From: an uncultured Methylomirabilota bacterium
GTDB lineage: Bacteria; Methylomirabilota; Methylomirabilia; Methylomirabilales; 2-02-FULL-66-22
DNA length: 64,000 nt
Assembly (NCBI GenBank): GCA_963705305.1
Contig: OY970067.1
Location: 1,536,001 to 1,600,000, forward strand
Direction: 5' to 3'
The position numbers and the translations under genes are program-made. This document shows, piece by piece, positions 42,612-52,659 of the stretch. The notes beneath the pieces are model-generated. The model saw only the letters and a program-made list of their open reading frames with translations, was not told the DNA's origin and did not search any database. The stretch's first letter is position 1, and the number at the start of each line of letters is the position of its first letter.

Positions 42612-42725
42612 CCCCCGAGACCTGCGTGCCCACCGGGACGGTGACGACCGCATTGGGGGTCCCGGTGGCCGAGACGGTGGACCGGAGGTCCCCGCGGGTC
42701 ACGGGAATGGTCGAGAAACGAGGAT
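42612..42725 (-). pseudogene. Relic of efflux periplasmic adaptor (MFP) N-terminus
   Basis: PVTRGDLRSTVSATGTPNAVVTVPVGTQVSG. Confidence 0.7.
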
Positions 42726-42769
42726 GGACCAGGCCCCCAGTGGACAATTTTCGGAGCACAACCCTCGCC

Positions 42770-43465
42770 TCATGAGATCGCTCGGGCGATCAGGAAGGCC
42801 GCTCCCGCGGCCAGCCCGCCGATGAGCATCGTTTGAATGGAGCTCCGTACCGGAGCCGCCCCCGTGAAATGCCCTTTCACGTATCCGAATATGGCAAGGG
42901 CGAGCAGCGTGATGGCCACGGACGCCACGAGCGCCGTAGAGGCCTTCGGCTGGAAGATGTACGGCCCGAGAGGAATGAACCCACCACCGATGTACGCACC
43001 GGCGATCGTCACCGCGCTGCGTAGCGCGCGTTTCGGGTCCGGCTTCTCCAGCCCCAACTCAAATCGCATCATGAAGTCGACCCAGGCCATGGGGCGCTTC
43101 CGCATCGCGGCCACCACCGGCGTGGTCTCGTCCGCGGTCATGCCGTAGGTCGTCAGCACGTCGGCGACCTCCGCGGCTTCGGCGTCCGGTTTCTCCGTGA
43201 CCTCCATTTCCTCTCGGTTCCGTTCTGCCTGGTAGTGTTCGGCATCGCTCTTCGCGGCCAGATAGCCACCGAGCCCCATCGCTATGGAGCCTGCGGCGAT
43301 CTCGGCCAATCCCGCCGTCACGATGATCCGCGTGGTGTCAACCGCGCCCGACAGGCCCGCCGCAAGAGCAAACGGCACCGTCAAGCCATCCGCCATGCCA
43401 ATGACAATGTCGCGGACGGTTTCCGAGCCTGTGAAGTGGCCTTCGATATGCGGCGTCTGGGGCAT
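42770..43465 (-). CDS. VIT1/CCC1 Fe/Mn transporter
   Basis: RDIVIGMADGLTVPFAL, AEIAAGSIAMGLGGYL, FMMRFELG. Confidence 0.93.
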   Translation of the reverse strand: MPQTPHIEGHFTGSETVRDIVIGMADGLTVPFALAAGLSGAVDTTRIIVTAGLAEIAAGSIAMGLGGYLAAKSDAEHYQAERNREEMEVTEKPDAEAAEVADVLTTYGMTADETTPVVAAMRKRPMAWVDFMMRFELGLEKPDPKRALRSAVTIAGAYIGGGFIPLGPYIFQPKASTALVASVAITLLALAIFGYVKGHFTGAAPVRSSIQTMLIGGLAAGAAFLIARAIS

Positions 43466-43537
43466 GCCTGTCTCCGATCACGTCACGCTGATCTTCTGGG
43501 TTGGAGCTCCCTGGTAATTGATCTCAGGCGGCCACCG

Positions 43538-43600
43538 TCGCAACGTCTGCGCCTGCTGCAGCGCCTCCCGGCTCTTTTCGGTCATCCGATTTGGGTCCAT
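43538..43600 (-). pseudogene. clpB 5' relic
   Basis: MDPNRMTEKSREALQQAQTL directly after cbpM, then similarity stops. Confidence 0.7.
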
Positions 43601-44025
43601 CCTCGGGCTTCCTCCTCGCGCCTGTGCATGTCGAGCACCACGTCCCCGGCCGGGGAGCGGCCGTCAGCTTCGGCCGGGAGTTCCGGCGGCGCCTCCGGAG
43701 CGCGGCTGAGCTCCTCCCGGAGGCGCTCGATCTCCCCCTCCATCGCCTCCAGCCGGCCCACGAGGTCCAGCACGATGCCTACGGCAACCAGGTCCACCCC
43801 GAGATCGCGACGCAGGCGGATCGCTTTGCGGAGGCGACCCACGGCCAGGACGGGGAACCGCCCAGTCGAGGCATTGCACTGCACCACGTCAACCTGGGTG
43901 TAGGCTTCCAGGGCGGCCGGAGGCAGGCCGCAGCGCAGGGCGAGGTCGTCTGCCGTGAGGTCGTCCGTCTCGTCCTCCACGATCGCCGCGATGTGAATCC
44001 GGATCTCGGCCTCATTGCACGCCAT
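43582..44025 (-). CDS. cbpM: Chaperone modulator CbpM (MerR-like)
   Basis: RLRKAIRLRRDLGVDL...VLDL..RL; follows the DnaJ gene. Confidence 0.8.
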   Translation of the reverse strand: MACNEAEIRIHIAAIVEDETDDLTADDLALRCGLPPAALEAYTQVDVVQCNASTGRFPVLAVGRLRKAIRLRRDLGVDLVAVGIVLDLVGRLEAMEGEIERLREELSRAPEAPPELPAEADGRSPAGDVVLDMHRREEEARGWTQIG

Positions 44026-44069
44026 CAGCCTCCTCCTCTTCCCCCACGCTCCCGCACCCGCCGCGCCCG

Positions 44070-45071
44070 TCAGCGCCACTGGCGAGGGCTGTCCGGGGTC
44101 AGCCGGCCGACCTGTTCGAGCAGGCGGCGTTGCTCCTCCGTGAGCGTCGCCGGCAAGACGAGGCGGAGGCGCGCGTACAGGTCGCCCCGGCTCCCGTCTC
44201 GTCGGGCCAATCCCTTCTCGCGTAGCCGCAACCGCTGACCAGCCGAGGCGCCGGGGGACACCTTGAGCGTGACCGAGCCCTCCAGCGTCGGCACCTCCAC
44301 CTCCGTCCCCACGGCCGCCTCCCAGGGATACACCGGCAGGTCAATCTCGAGGTCGTCGCCGGAGATGCGGTACAGGCGGTGGGGCCGCACCCGCACCACG
44401 AGGTACAGGTCCCCAGCCGGGCCGCCGTTTCTCCCCGGCTCACCCTGACCGGCCAGGCGGAGCCGAGTGCCCCCTCGTGCGCCGGGGGGGATCTGGACTT
44501 CCAGCGTCCGTGGTTTCCCGATCTCTCCTTGCCCGTCACAGGCCTGGCAGGCCCGGTCCTTCGCGACGCCGGTTCCACCGCAGATCGGACAGTCCTCCGA
44601 GCCTTCGACCGTCACCGACCGGCGACCACCCCGGGTGGCCTCCTCCAGCTCCAGGCTCAGGTCGGTCTCGATGTCGCGGCCCGCGACCGGTTGGCGAGGG
44701 CGGCGTTGCCCTCGCGGGCGACCGAAGAGACTGGCAAAGAAGTCGCTGTAGGCGGCGCCATCCCCGCCGCCCAGGTCTCTGTATTCACCCCGTCCGTGGG
44801 GGGGCCCTTCCGAGGGCCGTGTGAAATCGCCCCCCGCCATCCCGTTCGGGCCGAGCTGGTTGTAGCGGGCCCGCTTGTCCGGGTCGGAAAGCACCGCGTG
44901 CGCCTCGTTGATCGCCTTGAACGCCTCCTCCGCCTGCGCTCGCGCTTTGCCGTGATGCAGGTCCGGATGGTGCTTCCGGGCCAGCCGGCGGTAGGCTGCC
45001 TTGATGGCGTCCGTTGAGGCGCCTCGGGACACGCCGAGCACCTCGTAGTAGTCGCGAAACTCGACCGGCAT
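44070..45071 (-). CDS. DnaJ/CbpA-type J-domain co-chaperone with two CxxCxGxG motifs
   Basis: DYYEVLGV, HPD, CPICGGTG, CQACDGQG, GDLY. Confidence 0.92.
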   Translation of the reverse strand: MPVEFRDYYEVLGVSRGASTDAIKAAYRRLARKHHPDLHHGKARAQAEEAFKAINEAHAVLSDPDKRARYNQLGPNGMAGGDFTRPSEGPPHGRGEYRDLGGGDGAAYSDFFASLFGRPRGQRRPRQPVAGRDIETDLSLELEEATRGGRRSVTVEGSEDCPICGGTGVAKDRACQACDGQGEIGKPRTLEVQIPPGARGGTRLRLAGQGEPGRNGGPAGDLYLVVRVRPHRLYRISGDDLEIDLPVYPWEAAVGTEVEVPTLEGSVTLKVSPGASAGQRLRLREKGLARRDGSRGDLYARLRLVLPATLTEEQRRLLEQVGRLTPDSPRQWR

Positions 45072-45079
45072 GGCGGTTC

Positions 45080-45643
45080 TTACCCCTCCCGCGCCCCAGG
45101 GCGCACCCCGTGCGACAGGCGGACCTCTCGCTCCCCGTCCTCCGGGGTCGACTGGGCCACCACGACCTGGGCCGGACGAAGGACTTCCCCGCCCAGAAGG
45201 AATCCCCGTCGGATCTCCGTCACGACAGTATCCGGCGGGTGGTCAATGGCTGGAACAGTCCCCACCGCCTCGTGGAGCCGCGGATCGAAAAGCGTCCCGA
45301 CGCCGGGGATGGGGACTGCGCCCAGGCTCGCCACAATCCGGCGGAGCTGCTCCGCGATCGCATCGACCCCCCGCAGGAAGGCGGGGTCGCTGGACCCGGC
45401 CGCCAGCGCGCGCTCCAGGTTGTCGTGCACCTCCAGGAGCGGTAGCAGAACCTCGCTCTGGCCCGCCCGGCGAGCGCCACCGGCCTCCCGTTCGGTCCGC
45501 CGGCGGAAATTCTCGAGGTCTGCCAGCGCCCGCAGTCGGCCCTGATGCTCGTCGGCTCTCGCCCGCTCCAACTCCGCGACACGCTGCTCCAGAGCGGGAA
45601 TGTCCGTATCTGTGGTTCTGGGGATGAGGGGAGCGTCCGCCAT
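45080..45643 (-). CDS. grpE: Nucleotide exchange factor GrpE
   Basis: ADLENFRRR, DNLERAL, FDPRLHEAV, LRPAQVVV. Confidence 0.93.
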   Translation of the reverse strand: MADAPLIPRTTDTDIPALEQRVAELERARADEHQGRLRALADLENFRRRTEREAGGARRAGQSEVLLPLLEVHDNLERALAAGSSDPAFLRGVDAIAEQLRRIVASLGAVPIPGVGTLFDPRLHEAVGTVPAIDHPPDTVVTEIRRGFLLGGEVLRPAQVVVAQSTPEDGEREVRLSHGVRPGAREG

Positions 45644-45687
45644 GATGATTCTCCGGCAGACTCGCTGGGCTGACCCGGATCGCAGCC

Positions 45688-47550
45688 TCAGGCCACCTCA
45701 CGAAAGTCTGCATCTACAACATCGTTCTCGCCTTGCGGTGTCGCGTTCTGGGGGCGCCCGCGAGCCGTATCCAGCGCCGCGGCCGCTTGACGCAGGTCAT
45801 CGGCGAGGGTCCGGATCCGCGCGAGGTCCGCCCCCTCCTTCAGCGCGCGCCGGAGCTCGCTCACCAGCTGGTCGAGGCGGGCCTTCTCGTGCACGGGTAA
45901 CTGGCCCCCAACATCGCCCAGGCGTTGCCCCACCTGGTACGCCAGGGCATCAGCGGCGTTGCGGGTCTCTGCCTCCTCCCGTCGCTTGCGGTCCTCAGCC
46001 GCATGCGCCTCGGCCTCACGGAGCAACCGCTCGATCTCTTTCTTCCCCATCTGGGCGGTCCCAGTCACCGTGATCTGCTGCACCTTCCCGGTGCCGAGGT
46101 CCTTGGCGGATACGCTGACGATCCCGTTGGCGTCAATGTCGAAGGCCACCTCGATCTGCGGGCCTCCCCGGGCAGCCGGCGGGATCCCCTCCAAACGGAA
46201 CTGGCCCAGCGTACGGTTATCCCGCGCCAGCTCCCGCTCGCCCTGCAGCACGTGGATGTCCACGGCGGTCTGGTTGTCATCCGCCGTGGAGAAGGTCTGG
46301 CTCCGCCGCACCGGGATGGTGGTGTTCCGCTCCACCAGCTTCGTCAGCAGGCCTCCCAGGGTCTCCACCCCCAGGGACAGCGGCGTCACGTCCAACAGCA
46401 CCACATCCTTCATCTCGCCCGCCAGCACCGCCGCCTGAATGGCGGCACCCACCGCGACGACCTCGTCGGGGTTGACCCCCTGATGCGGCTCCTTGCCCTG
46501 CGTCAGCTTGCGCACCAAGGCCTGAACGGCCGGGGTCCGGGTCGCGCCCCCCACCAAGATCACCTCGTCGAGGTCCTGTGCGGCCAGCTTCGCGTCCGCC
46601 AGGGCCCGCTCGAAGGGCACCCGGCACCGCTCGACGAGGTCGGCCGTGAGCGCGTCGAACTTCGCGCGGGTCAGTTTCATCTCCAGATGCTTCGGCCCGG
46701 CGGCATCGGCCGTGATGAAAGGCAAACTGAAGGTGGTTTCCGGAACCGCGGACAGCTCGATCTTGGCCTTCTCCGCCGCCTCGATCAGTCGCTGCAACGC
46801 TTGGCGGTCCTTCCGGAGATCGATCCCTTGATCTCGCTGAAACTCCTCGGCGGTCCAGTCCACGATCCGCTTGTCGAAGTCATCGCCACCCAAGTGGGTA
46901 TCGCCGTTGGTGGCTTTCACTTCAAAGACCCCGTCGCCCACGTCCAGGATGGAGACGTCGAACGTCCCGCCCCCCAGGTCGAAGACCAGGATCGTCTCGT
47001 TCTTCTGCTTGTCCAACCCGTAGGCCAGCGCGGCAGCCGTCGGCTCGTTGATGATCCGGAGGACATTCAATCCGGCGATTTTTCCCGCGTCCTTGGTAGC
47101 CTGCCGCTGAGCATCGTTGAAGTAGGCCGGCACGGTGATGACGACGTCCTTCACCTTCTCGCCGAGGTATCGGGAGGCGTCGTCGACGAGCGCGCGCAGG
47201 ACCATGGCGGCGATTTCTTCCGGGGGGTATTCCTTGCCCCCAGCGCGCACCCGGACTGCCTCGCCCGGTCCGGCAACCACCCGGTACGGGACCAGCTTTG
47301 CCTCCGCGGGGATCTCCCCGAACAGCCGCCCGATGAAGCGCTTGATCGAATAGATCGTGTTCTCCGGATTCAGGACGGCCTGGCGCTTGGCGAGCTGCCC
47401 CACCAGCCGCTGCCCATCCTTTGCGAAAGCGACCACGGAAGGTGTCAGCCGGTTCCCTTCGGCGTTCACGATCACCATCGGCTTCCCGCCCTCCACCACC
47501 GCCACGACGGAATTGGTGGTCCCGAAATCAATCCCGACCGATTTGGCCAT
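45688..47550 (-). CDS. dnaK: Chaperone DnaK
   Basis: [32 protein letters not shown]. Confidence 0.97.
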   Translation of the reverse strand: MAKSVGIDFGTTNSVVAVVEGGKPMVIVNAEGNRLTPSVVAFAKDGQRLVGQLAKRQAVLNPENTIYSIKRFIGRLFGEIPAEAKLVPYRVVAGPGEAVRVRAGGKEYPPEEIAAMVLRALVDDASRYLGEKVKDVVITVPAYFNDAQRQATKDAGKIAGLNVLRIINEPTAAALAYGLDKQKNETILVFDLGGGTFDVSILDVGDGVFEVKATNGDTHLGGDDFDKRIVDWTAEEFQRDQGIDLRKDRQALQRLIEAAEKAKIELSAVPETTFSLPFITADAAGPKHLEMKLTRAKFDALTADLVERCRVPFERALADAKLAAQDLDEVILVGGATRTPAVQALVRKLTQGKEPHQGVNPDEVVAVGAAIQAAVLAGEMKDVVLLDVTPLSLGVETLGGLLTKLVERNTTIPVRRSQTFSTADDNQTAVDIHVLQGERELARDNRTLGQFRLEGIPPAARGGPQIEVAFDIDANGIVSVSAKDLGTGKVQQITVTGTAQMGKKEIERLLREAEAHAAEDRKRREEAETRNAADALAYQVGQRLGDVGGQLPVHEKARLDQLVSELRRALKEGADLARIRTLADDLRQAAAALDTARGRPQNATPQGENDVVDADFREVA

Positions 47551-47740
47551 CTCGGCCCTCCTCTCCTCAAAGGTACCCGCGAGCGTTCAAAGGCTCGGGT
47601 CGCCAAAAGAGCCCGCCGTCGATGGCGATCACCAACGGGGCGGCCTGAACCCAGTCAGCTCTTCGACGCGCGCGCGAACCGTGCCTCCCTCCAACCAATA
47701 CGTTCCCCTGCGTGCGGATCTCGTGGCCGCGGCATCCGTC

Positions 47741-47878
47741 TTACCGGGACTCCGGCCGGCCGACGGCCACCGGCACCACCGCCATGGGGAAGATCACGGT
47801 CCCCCGCAGTGGCAGCACCGGGAGCGCACCCGGGATCGTGGGGCTGCTCGTCTAGGGATCCGAGTTCTCCGGGCTCAT
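47741..47878 (-). pseudogene. lon protease 5' relic
   Basis: MSPENSDP*TSSPTIPGALPVLPLRGTVIFPMAVVPVAVGRPESR*. Confidence 0.78.
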
Positions 47879-47915
47879 GACCTGCGCTGCACCCTCTTTC
47901 AGCCCGTTTGTGCTC

Positions 47916-47998
47916 GTGTTCGGCATCGCTCTTCGCGGCGAGATACCCACCGAGTCCCATCGCGATGGATCCTGCGGCGATCTCGGCCGGCCCCGCCG
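47916..47998 (-). pseudogene. Internal relic of a second VIT1 gene
   Basis: AEIAAGSIAMGLGGYLAAKSDAEH duplicated from the intact VIT1. Confidence 0.85.
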
Positions 47999-48051
47999 AG
48001 ATGCACGGCCAGAGCGGGGCGACCCTTTCTCGGATCGGCCGAACGCCCCCT

Positions 48052-48387
48052 TCACAACCTCACCATCCGATAGAACATCCTCTTTGCCACCTCCGCCGAG
48101 ACAATGTATGCGATGATGACTCCCCCGATGAGCCCGAAATAGGAAATCGGCAGCTGGCGAAAGCCAAACACCGGTCCGAGCGGGGTGAAGGGGAAGATCA
48201 CCGTTGCGAGGAGAACGAAGAGCGTGGCCATGAACAGACTTGTCGACGGTCGACTCCTGAAGAAGGGCTTCCGACTTCGAATCACAAGCACAATCAACGC
48301 CGCCGACATAACGGACTCCATAAACCAGGCGGTCCGGAATTGATCCGGCGTCGCGTGCAGGATGAGCAACAGGACGCCAAAGGTGAG
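48052..48387 (-). pseudogene. 3' relic of Mg-transporting P-type ATPase (MgtA-like)
   Basis: LTFGVL...FRTAWFMES...LIVLVIRSRKPFFRSRPS...PFTPLG..FGF; no upstream part. Confidence 0.8.
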
Positions 48388-48424
48388 GCCGCCGCAACGA
48401 GGGGCTCGGTGACTCTGATGAGGA

Positions 48425-48769
48425 TCAGGAGCTCCCGCTCCGCCTCGGCATGCGCCAGCGCTGCAGCCGGCTGCCTGTGCGTCTGGTGACCGTATCGAAG
48501 TGAATCACGGGCTGCTTTTGCGACAGCTCGATCGCCGCCAGGACGGCGCGATAATCCTCGGAGCGTAAGCGGAGGAGCAGATCGGCCTGCGATTCCCACT
48601 CCTCAACCAGAGTAATGGCTTCTGAGTTTTCGACATCCTGGTAGAGGTCACACTTGCGGCAGCCCGGGAGCACACGCGTCGGCTCCAACTGGGCGGCGAG
48701 CGTCCGGACCACCTCGCCCCGGGACTGGGGCGCCGTCACGATTCGGAGGGTGGAAATAAGCATAGTCAC
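48425..48769 (-). CDS. ABM (quinol monooxygenase-like) domain protein, paralog A
   Basis: TR..PGC..C.LYQD.E......LVEEWES. Confidence 0.85.
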   Translation of the reverse strand: MTMLISTLRIVTAPQSRGEVVRTLAAQLEPTRVLPGCRKCDLYQDVENSEAITLVEEWESQADLLLRLRSEDYRAVLAAIELSQKQPVIHFDTVTRRTGSRLQRWRMPRRSGSS

Positions 48770-48778
48770 TCTCCTTCC

Positions 48779-49075
48779 TCAGCTCGCCGGGGGATTGTCT
48801 TTATCGCTCCCGGAGCCGAAAGGCCGAGGGCAATCCCCGTGGAGTCCAAGACGTCTCGTCCACTCAGGCGCTGGGGGACGCACTCTCATGTTCACGGCCC
48901 GCGGTCCCTTGTCTCCCAACTCGACATCGAACTCAACGGCCTGCCCTTCCGCCAGGGTGTCGAATCCTCCCCCCTGGACGGCAGACCGGTGAAAGAAGAG
49001 CTCGAAGCCGTCCCATCCCTGGACGAACCCAAAATCTCGCTCCCGGACCAGCCTCCTGACCGTACCCGTTGCCAT
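48779..49075 (-). CDS. Cold-shock domain protein, second copy with read-through C-terminus
   Basis: RDFGFV, LFFH, GPRA; alignment with copy 1 suggests a 1-bp loss near the stop. Confidence 0.8.
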   Translation of the reverse strand: MATGTVRRLVRERDFGFVQGWDGFELFFHRSAVQGGGFDTLAEGQAVEFDVELGDKGPRAVNMRVRPPAPEWTRRLGLHGDCPRPFGSGSDKDNPPAS

Positions 49076-49157
49076 TGTTGCTACTCCTCCCCGAACATCC
49101 GTCCGGATCTCATCGCGTTTCCACCCCCGATTCACCCCGATGCTCTGCGTATCTGCT

Positions 49158-51038
49158 TCACGCCTCCCGCTCCCGGCCGCCCTCTTTGGCTGGCTTCGCG
49201 CCGGCCAGCAGGGTTTGCAGCTCCTCCCCGTCCACCACCTCCTTCTCCAGCAATCGGTGCGCGAGCTGCTCGAGGAGGCTCCGCTGGTCCGTGAGGAGGG
49301 CCCCCACCTTCACGTGCGCCTCGGTGAGGATGCGGCTGGCCTCGGCGTCGAGGAGCCGCGCCGTCTCCTCGCTGTGCTCGCGCGGCGGGGCCAGGCCCGG
49401 GAGGAGGCCCGGCCGGCCATCGCCGTCGAAGGTCATCAAACCGACCTTCTCGCTCATCCCGTACTGGCCCACCATGTGCCGGACGAGATCGGTGGCCCGC
49501 TGGAGGTCGTTCTGGGCACCGGTCGAGACATCGCCAAAGATGATCTCCTCCGCCGTCCGGCCGCCCAGGAGGACGCACAGCCGGTTGAACAGCTCGGAGC
49601 GGGTCATCAGGTACCGGTCCTCCGTGGGGAGCTGCTGCGTGTAGCCTAAGGCTGCGATTCCTCTCGAGACGATCGAGATCTTCGCCACCGGGTCGGTCCC
49701 GGGCAGGCACGCCGCCGCCACCGCGTGCCCGGCCTCGTGGGTGGCCACGATCTCCCGCTCCCTCCCGCTCATCACCCGGGTCTTCTTCAGCCCGGCGACC
49801 ACCCGGTCGATGGCCTCCTCGAAGTCGGCCCGTCCGACCGCCGCCTTGCCCTGCCGGGCGGCCAGGAGGGCGGCCTCGTTCACGATGTTCGCCAGGTCCG
49901 CGCCCACAAAGCCGGAGGTCTGGGCGGCGAGGGCGGCCAGATCGACCTCCGGGGCCACCGTCACCCCCTTGGTGTGGACCAGGAGGATGGCCTCTCGCCC
50001 CTTCCGGTCCGGCCGGTCCACCAGGACCTGGCGGTCGAATCGGCCGGGCCGGAGCAGCGCCGGGTCCAGGATCTCCGGTCGGTTCGTGGCCGCCATGATG
50101 ATGACGCCCTTGTTGGTTTCGAACCCGTCCATTTCCACGAGGAGCTGGTTGAGCGTCTGCTCCCGCTCGTCGTGGCCGCCCAGGGGATTCATCCCCCGCG
50201 CCTTGCCCAGGGCATCCAGCTCGTCGATGAAGATGATGCTCGGCGCATGCTGCACCGCCTGGGCAAACAGATCCCTGACCCGTGCGGCGCCGACCCCAAC
50301 GAACATCTCGACGAAGTCCGAGCCGCTGAGGCTAAAAAACGGGACCTTGGCTTCGCCCGCCACGGCCTTCGCCAGCAGGGTCTTGCCCGTCCCGGGGACG
50401 CCGATCAGCAGGACCCCCTTCGGGATCTTCCCGCCCAGCCGCTGGAAGCGCTCCGGCGTCTTCAGGAACTCGACGACTTCGACCAGCTCGGCCTTGGCCT
50501 CCTCAATCCCCGCGACGTCGCCGAAGGTCACCCCCGTATCCTTCTGGACATAGACCTTGGCCTTGCTCTTCCCGATGGCCATGAGTCCGCCCAGTCCGCC
50601 GCCCCCGCCCATCTTCTTCATGGCGTACTGCCAGATGAGGAAGAAGAGCCCAATGGGGAGGAGCCAGCTCAGCAGCGTCGGGAGCCACGTGTTCGTCGCC
50701 TCGCCGCGGAAGTTCACATTGGCCTGCTGCAGGTCGTGAACAAGCGCGGGGTCGTCCACCCGGACCGTCATGAAGGGCTCCTCACCCGTCCCGGACTTGG
50801 TCAAGGCGTCGATGCGGGCCTTGGGGAGCAGCCCCGCGAGCCCGTCCCGGTTCAGGCGCCCCGTGATGATCTTCGCGCCGATCGCCACGTCGCTGATCTT
50901 CCCCTTCTCCAGCAGCGTCGTGAACTCGCCGTAGGTGAGGGTGTCGACGTGCGGCGCAAAGACGTAGTCCTGCAGCGCCATCAGGAGAAGGAACACGGCC
51001 AGAAAGTACCAGAGGGAGGCGATGTGCTTCTTGTCCAT
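49158..51038 (-). CDS. ftsH: ATP-dependent zinc metalloprotease FtsH
   Basis: Two TM helices, [27 protein letters not shown]. Confidence 0.97.
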   Translation of the reverse strand: MDKKHIASLWYFLAVFLLLMALQDYVFAPHVDTLTYGEFTTLLEKGKISDVAIGAKIITGRLNRDGLAGLLPKARIDALTKSGTGEEPFMTVRVDDPALVHDLQQANVNFRGEATNTWLPTLLSWLLPIGLFFLIWQYAMKKMGGGGGLGGLMAIGKSKAKVYVQKDTGVTFGDVAGIEEAKAELVEVVEFLKTPERFQRLGGKIPKGVLLIGVPGTGKTLLAKAVAGEAKVPFFSLSGSDFVEMFVGVGAARVRDLFAQAVQHAPSIIFIDELDALGKARGMNPLGGHDEREQTLNQLLVEMDGFETNKGVIIMAATNRPEILDPALLRPGRFDRQVLVDRPDRKGREAILLVHTKGVTVAPEVDLAALAAQTSGFVGADLANIVNEAALLAARQGKAAVGRADFEEAIDRVVAGLKKTRVMSGREREIVATHEAGHAVAAACLPGTDPVAKISIVSRGIAALGYTQQLPTEDRYLMTRSELFNRLCVLLGGRTAEEIIFGDVSTGAQNDLQRATDLVRHMVGQYGMSEKVGLMTFDGDGRPGLLPGLAPPREHSEETARLLDAEASRILTEAHVKVGALLTDQRSLLEQLAHRLLEKEVVDGEELQTLLAGAKPAKEGGREREA

Positions 51039-51044
51039 GGCGTC

Positions 51045-51407
51045 CTATCCCTCCAGGAGGGCGTGTCCAGTCCGTTGCGCCATCCGGTGGCGGCAGACCA
51101 CGGCCTCGGGCTCCACCACGCAGACGCCGCCGCTTTCGGAGCAGTGCCGGCAGGAGAGATTCAACGGGTGGAAGTACCAGTAGCGCACCTCGACCCGGCC
51201 GTGGTGCCCGTCGGGGCAGAGATGGAAGAGGGGATCGGCCGCCAGCGCGGCGTCGGCGTCGCGCATCGCCAGGCCGGCGATCGCCAGCGTGGGCCACCGG
51301 CAGGGGGAGGGCGCGGTCTCCTTCAGGTTCTCGAGGGGGTCCGCCTCCCTCGGAATGACGGCGGTGCCGGGGCCGCTGCTCGGTTCGGTCTCACGTATCC
51401 TATCCAT
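51045..51407 (-). CDS. Cys/His-rich hypothetical protein
   Basis: CPDGHH, CRHC, C..C; overlaps fmdB stop; GGAGG RBS. Confidence 0.55.
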   Translation of the reverse strand: MDRIRETEPSSGPGTAVIPREADPLENLKETAPSPCRWPTLAIAGLAMRDADAALAADPLFHLCPDGHHGRVEVRYWYFHPLNLSCRHCSESGGVCVVEPEAVVCRHRMAQRTGHALLEG

Positions 51408-51696
51408 GTCCCGCCTCCATCTTCTGGTCTGTGCCGACTTTCGAGGGGGCCTGCGCCGCGAGGGGAGCCCTGCCGCTCCTCTCATGGTCTCTCTTCGCCG
51501 CCTCCTGGTAGGATTTCGAGCGATGGTCAGTGGTGTAGAAGCCCGACCCCTTGAAGAGGAGCCCGGCGCCTGCGCTGATCAGGCGGTCCACCTTCTTCCT
51601 GCAGTGCGGGCACCGCGTGAGCGGAGATGCCATGATACTCTGGAAGGCATCGAACCGACGCCCACAGGAGCGGCATTGATACTCATAGGTCGGCAT
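51400..51696 (-). CDS. FmdB-family zinc-ribbon protein
   Basis: MPTYEYQCRSCG..F...CPHC...FKGSGFYTTD. Confidence 0.92.
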   Translation of the reverse strand: MPTYEYQCRSCGRRFDAFQSIMASPLTRCPHCRKKVDRLISAGAGLLFKGSGFYTTDHRSKSYQEAAKRDHERSGRAPLAAQAPSKVGTDQKMEAGHG

Positions 51697-51909
51697 TTAT
51701 CCGTTCTCCCGTAACTCCCCCCAGAGGTCGAGCCACCGCCCCGCCATCCGACACACTGAGGCGTGAGGGTCTCCCTCCTCGCTCCCCTGTGTGCCACGCT
51801 CCTCATCCTCCGGGCGATCTCTGTCTTCCGGGCGGTCGGCCTAGATCGTGGTACGCACTTCCTCCCCCCACTCGTTCGAGGGGTCTTCCTCACCACGTCG
51901 GCCGGGTCC

Positions 51910-52251
51910 TCACCGTGCCGCTTCGCGCCGCAACCCTCGGGCCCACTCGATCACCTCCAAGCCCGCGCGTCTGGCGACCGTGTCGAAATGGATCACGGGT
52001 GGCTTTTGCGCTAGCTCGATCGCCGCCAGGACGGCACAGGAACTTTCGGAGCCTAAGCGGAGGCGCAGATCAGCCTCGGATTTCCACTCCTCCACCAGCG
52101 TGATCGCCCCCTGGTTCTCGATATCGCGGTAGAGATCGCACCGGAGGCAGCCCGGTTGCCCCCGCGTTGGTCCCAGTTGCGCGGTAAGCGTCTGGACCAC
52201 CTCGGCCCGGGAGTGGGGTGCCGTGAGGATTCGCAGGGTGGAAATGACCAT
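51910..52251 (-). CDS. ABM domain protein, paralog B
   Basis: Close paralog of 48425-48769; first gene after module C. Confidence 0.83.
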   Translation of the reverse strand: MVISTLRILTAPHSRAEVVQTLTAQLGPTRGQPGCLRCDLYRDIENQGAITLVEEWKSEADLRLRLGSESSCAVLAAIELAQKPPVIHFDTVARRAGLEVIEWARGLRREAAR

Positions 52252-52319
52252 GGCCACAGTCGTTCCCTTTCGCTTGGATTGCCTCTCGGATGGAATCTCG
52301 CGTCCCTGTGGGATGGAAG

Positions 52320-52469
52320 ATGCAACAACAGATCCACACCAGGCGTCGGGGGAGCAGAGAAGGACTGTGCCCTTCGAAATCAATGAGTTCGCGACGATGC
52401 TGTGGCGGGACTCGAGGGGCCGGGCCGGTGGGAAACACCCGAGATATCGGAGCGGCTCCGACAGGTCGG
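52320..52469 (-). promoter_or_regulatory. Sigma54 module C
   Basis: TGGATCTGTTGTTGCAT (52336-52320); AATCAA-N4-TTC at 52378; CCGA-N4-TCGG-AGCGGCT-CCGA-N4-TCGG at 52439-52469. Confidence 0.82.
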
Positions 52470-52553
52470 AGGGGGAGCGGCACGTCGCGTTAGCGAGCGC
52501 AGCCTGCCCGCCAGAGGACGTCTCTTCCCGCTCTTCAAGGAACGGAGACTTGG

Positions 52554-52579
52554 CCCTTCGACAGGCTCAGGGCGAACGG
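52554..52579 (+). repeat. REP-like half element CCCTTCGACAGGCTCAGGGCGAACGG
   Basis: Short CCCT..AGGG hairpin resembling a widespread intergenic repeat from memory; single copy here. Confidence 0.35.
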
Positions 52580-52659
52580 AATCGTAGGTGGCCTGCCCCC
52601 ACTAATTGATCCAACCGCATGGTAGTTCACACCGAACCATTGGAGGCGGGGCCAGCCGC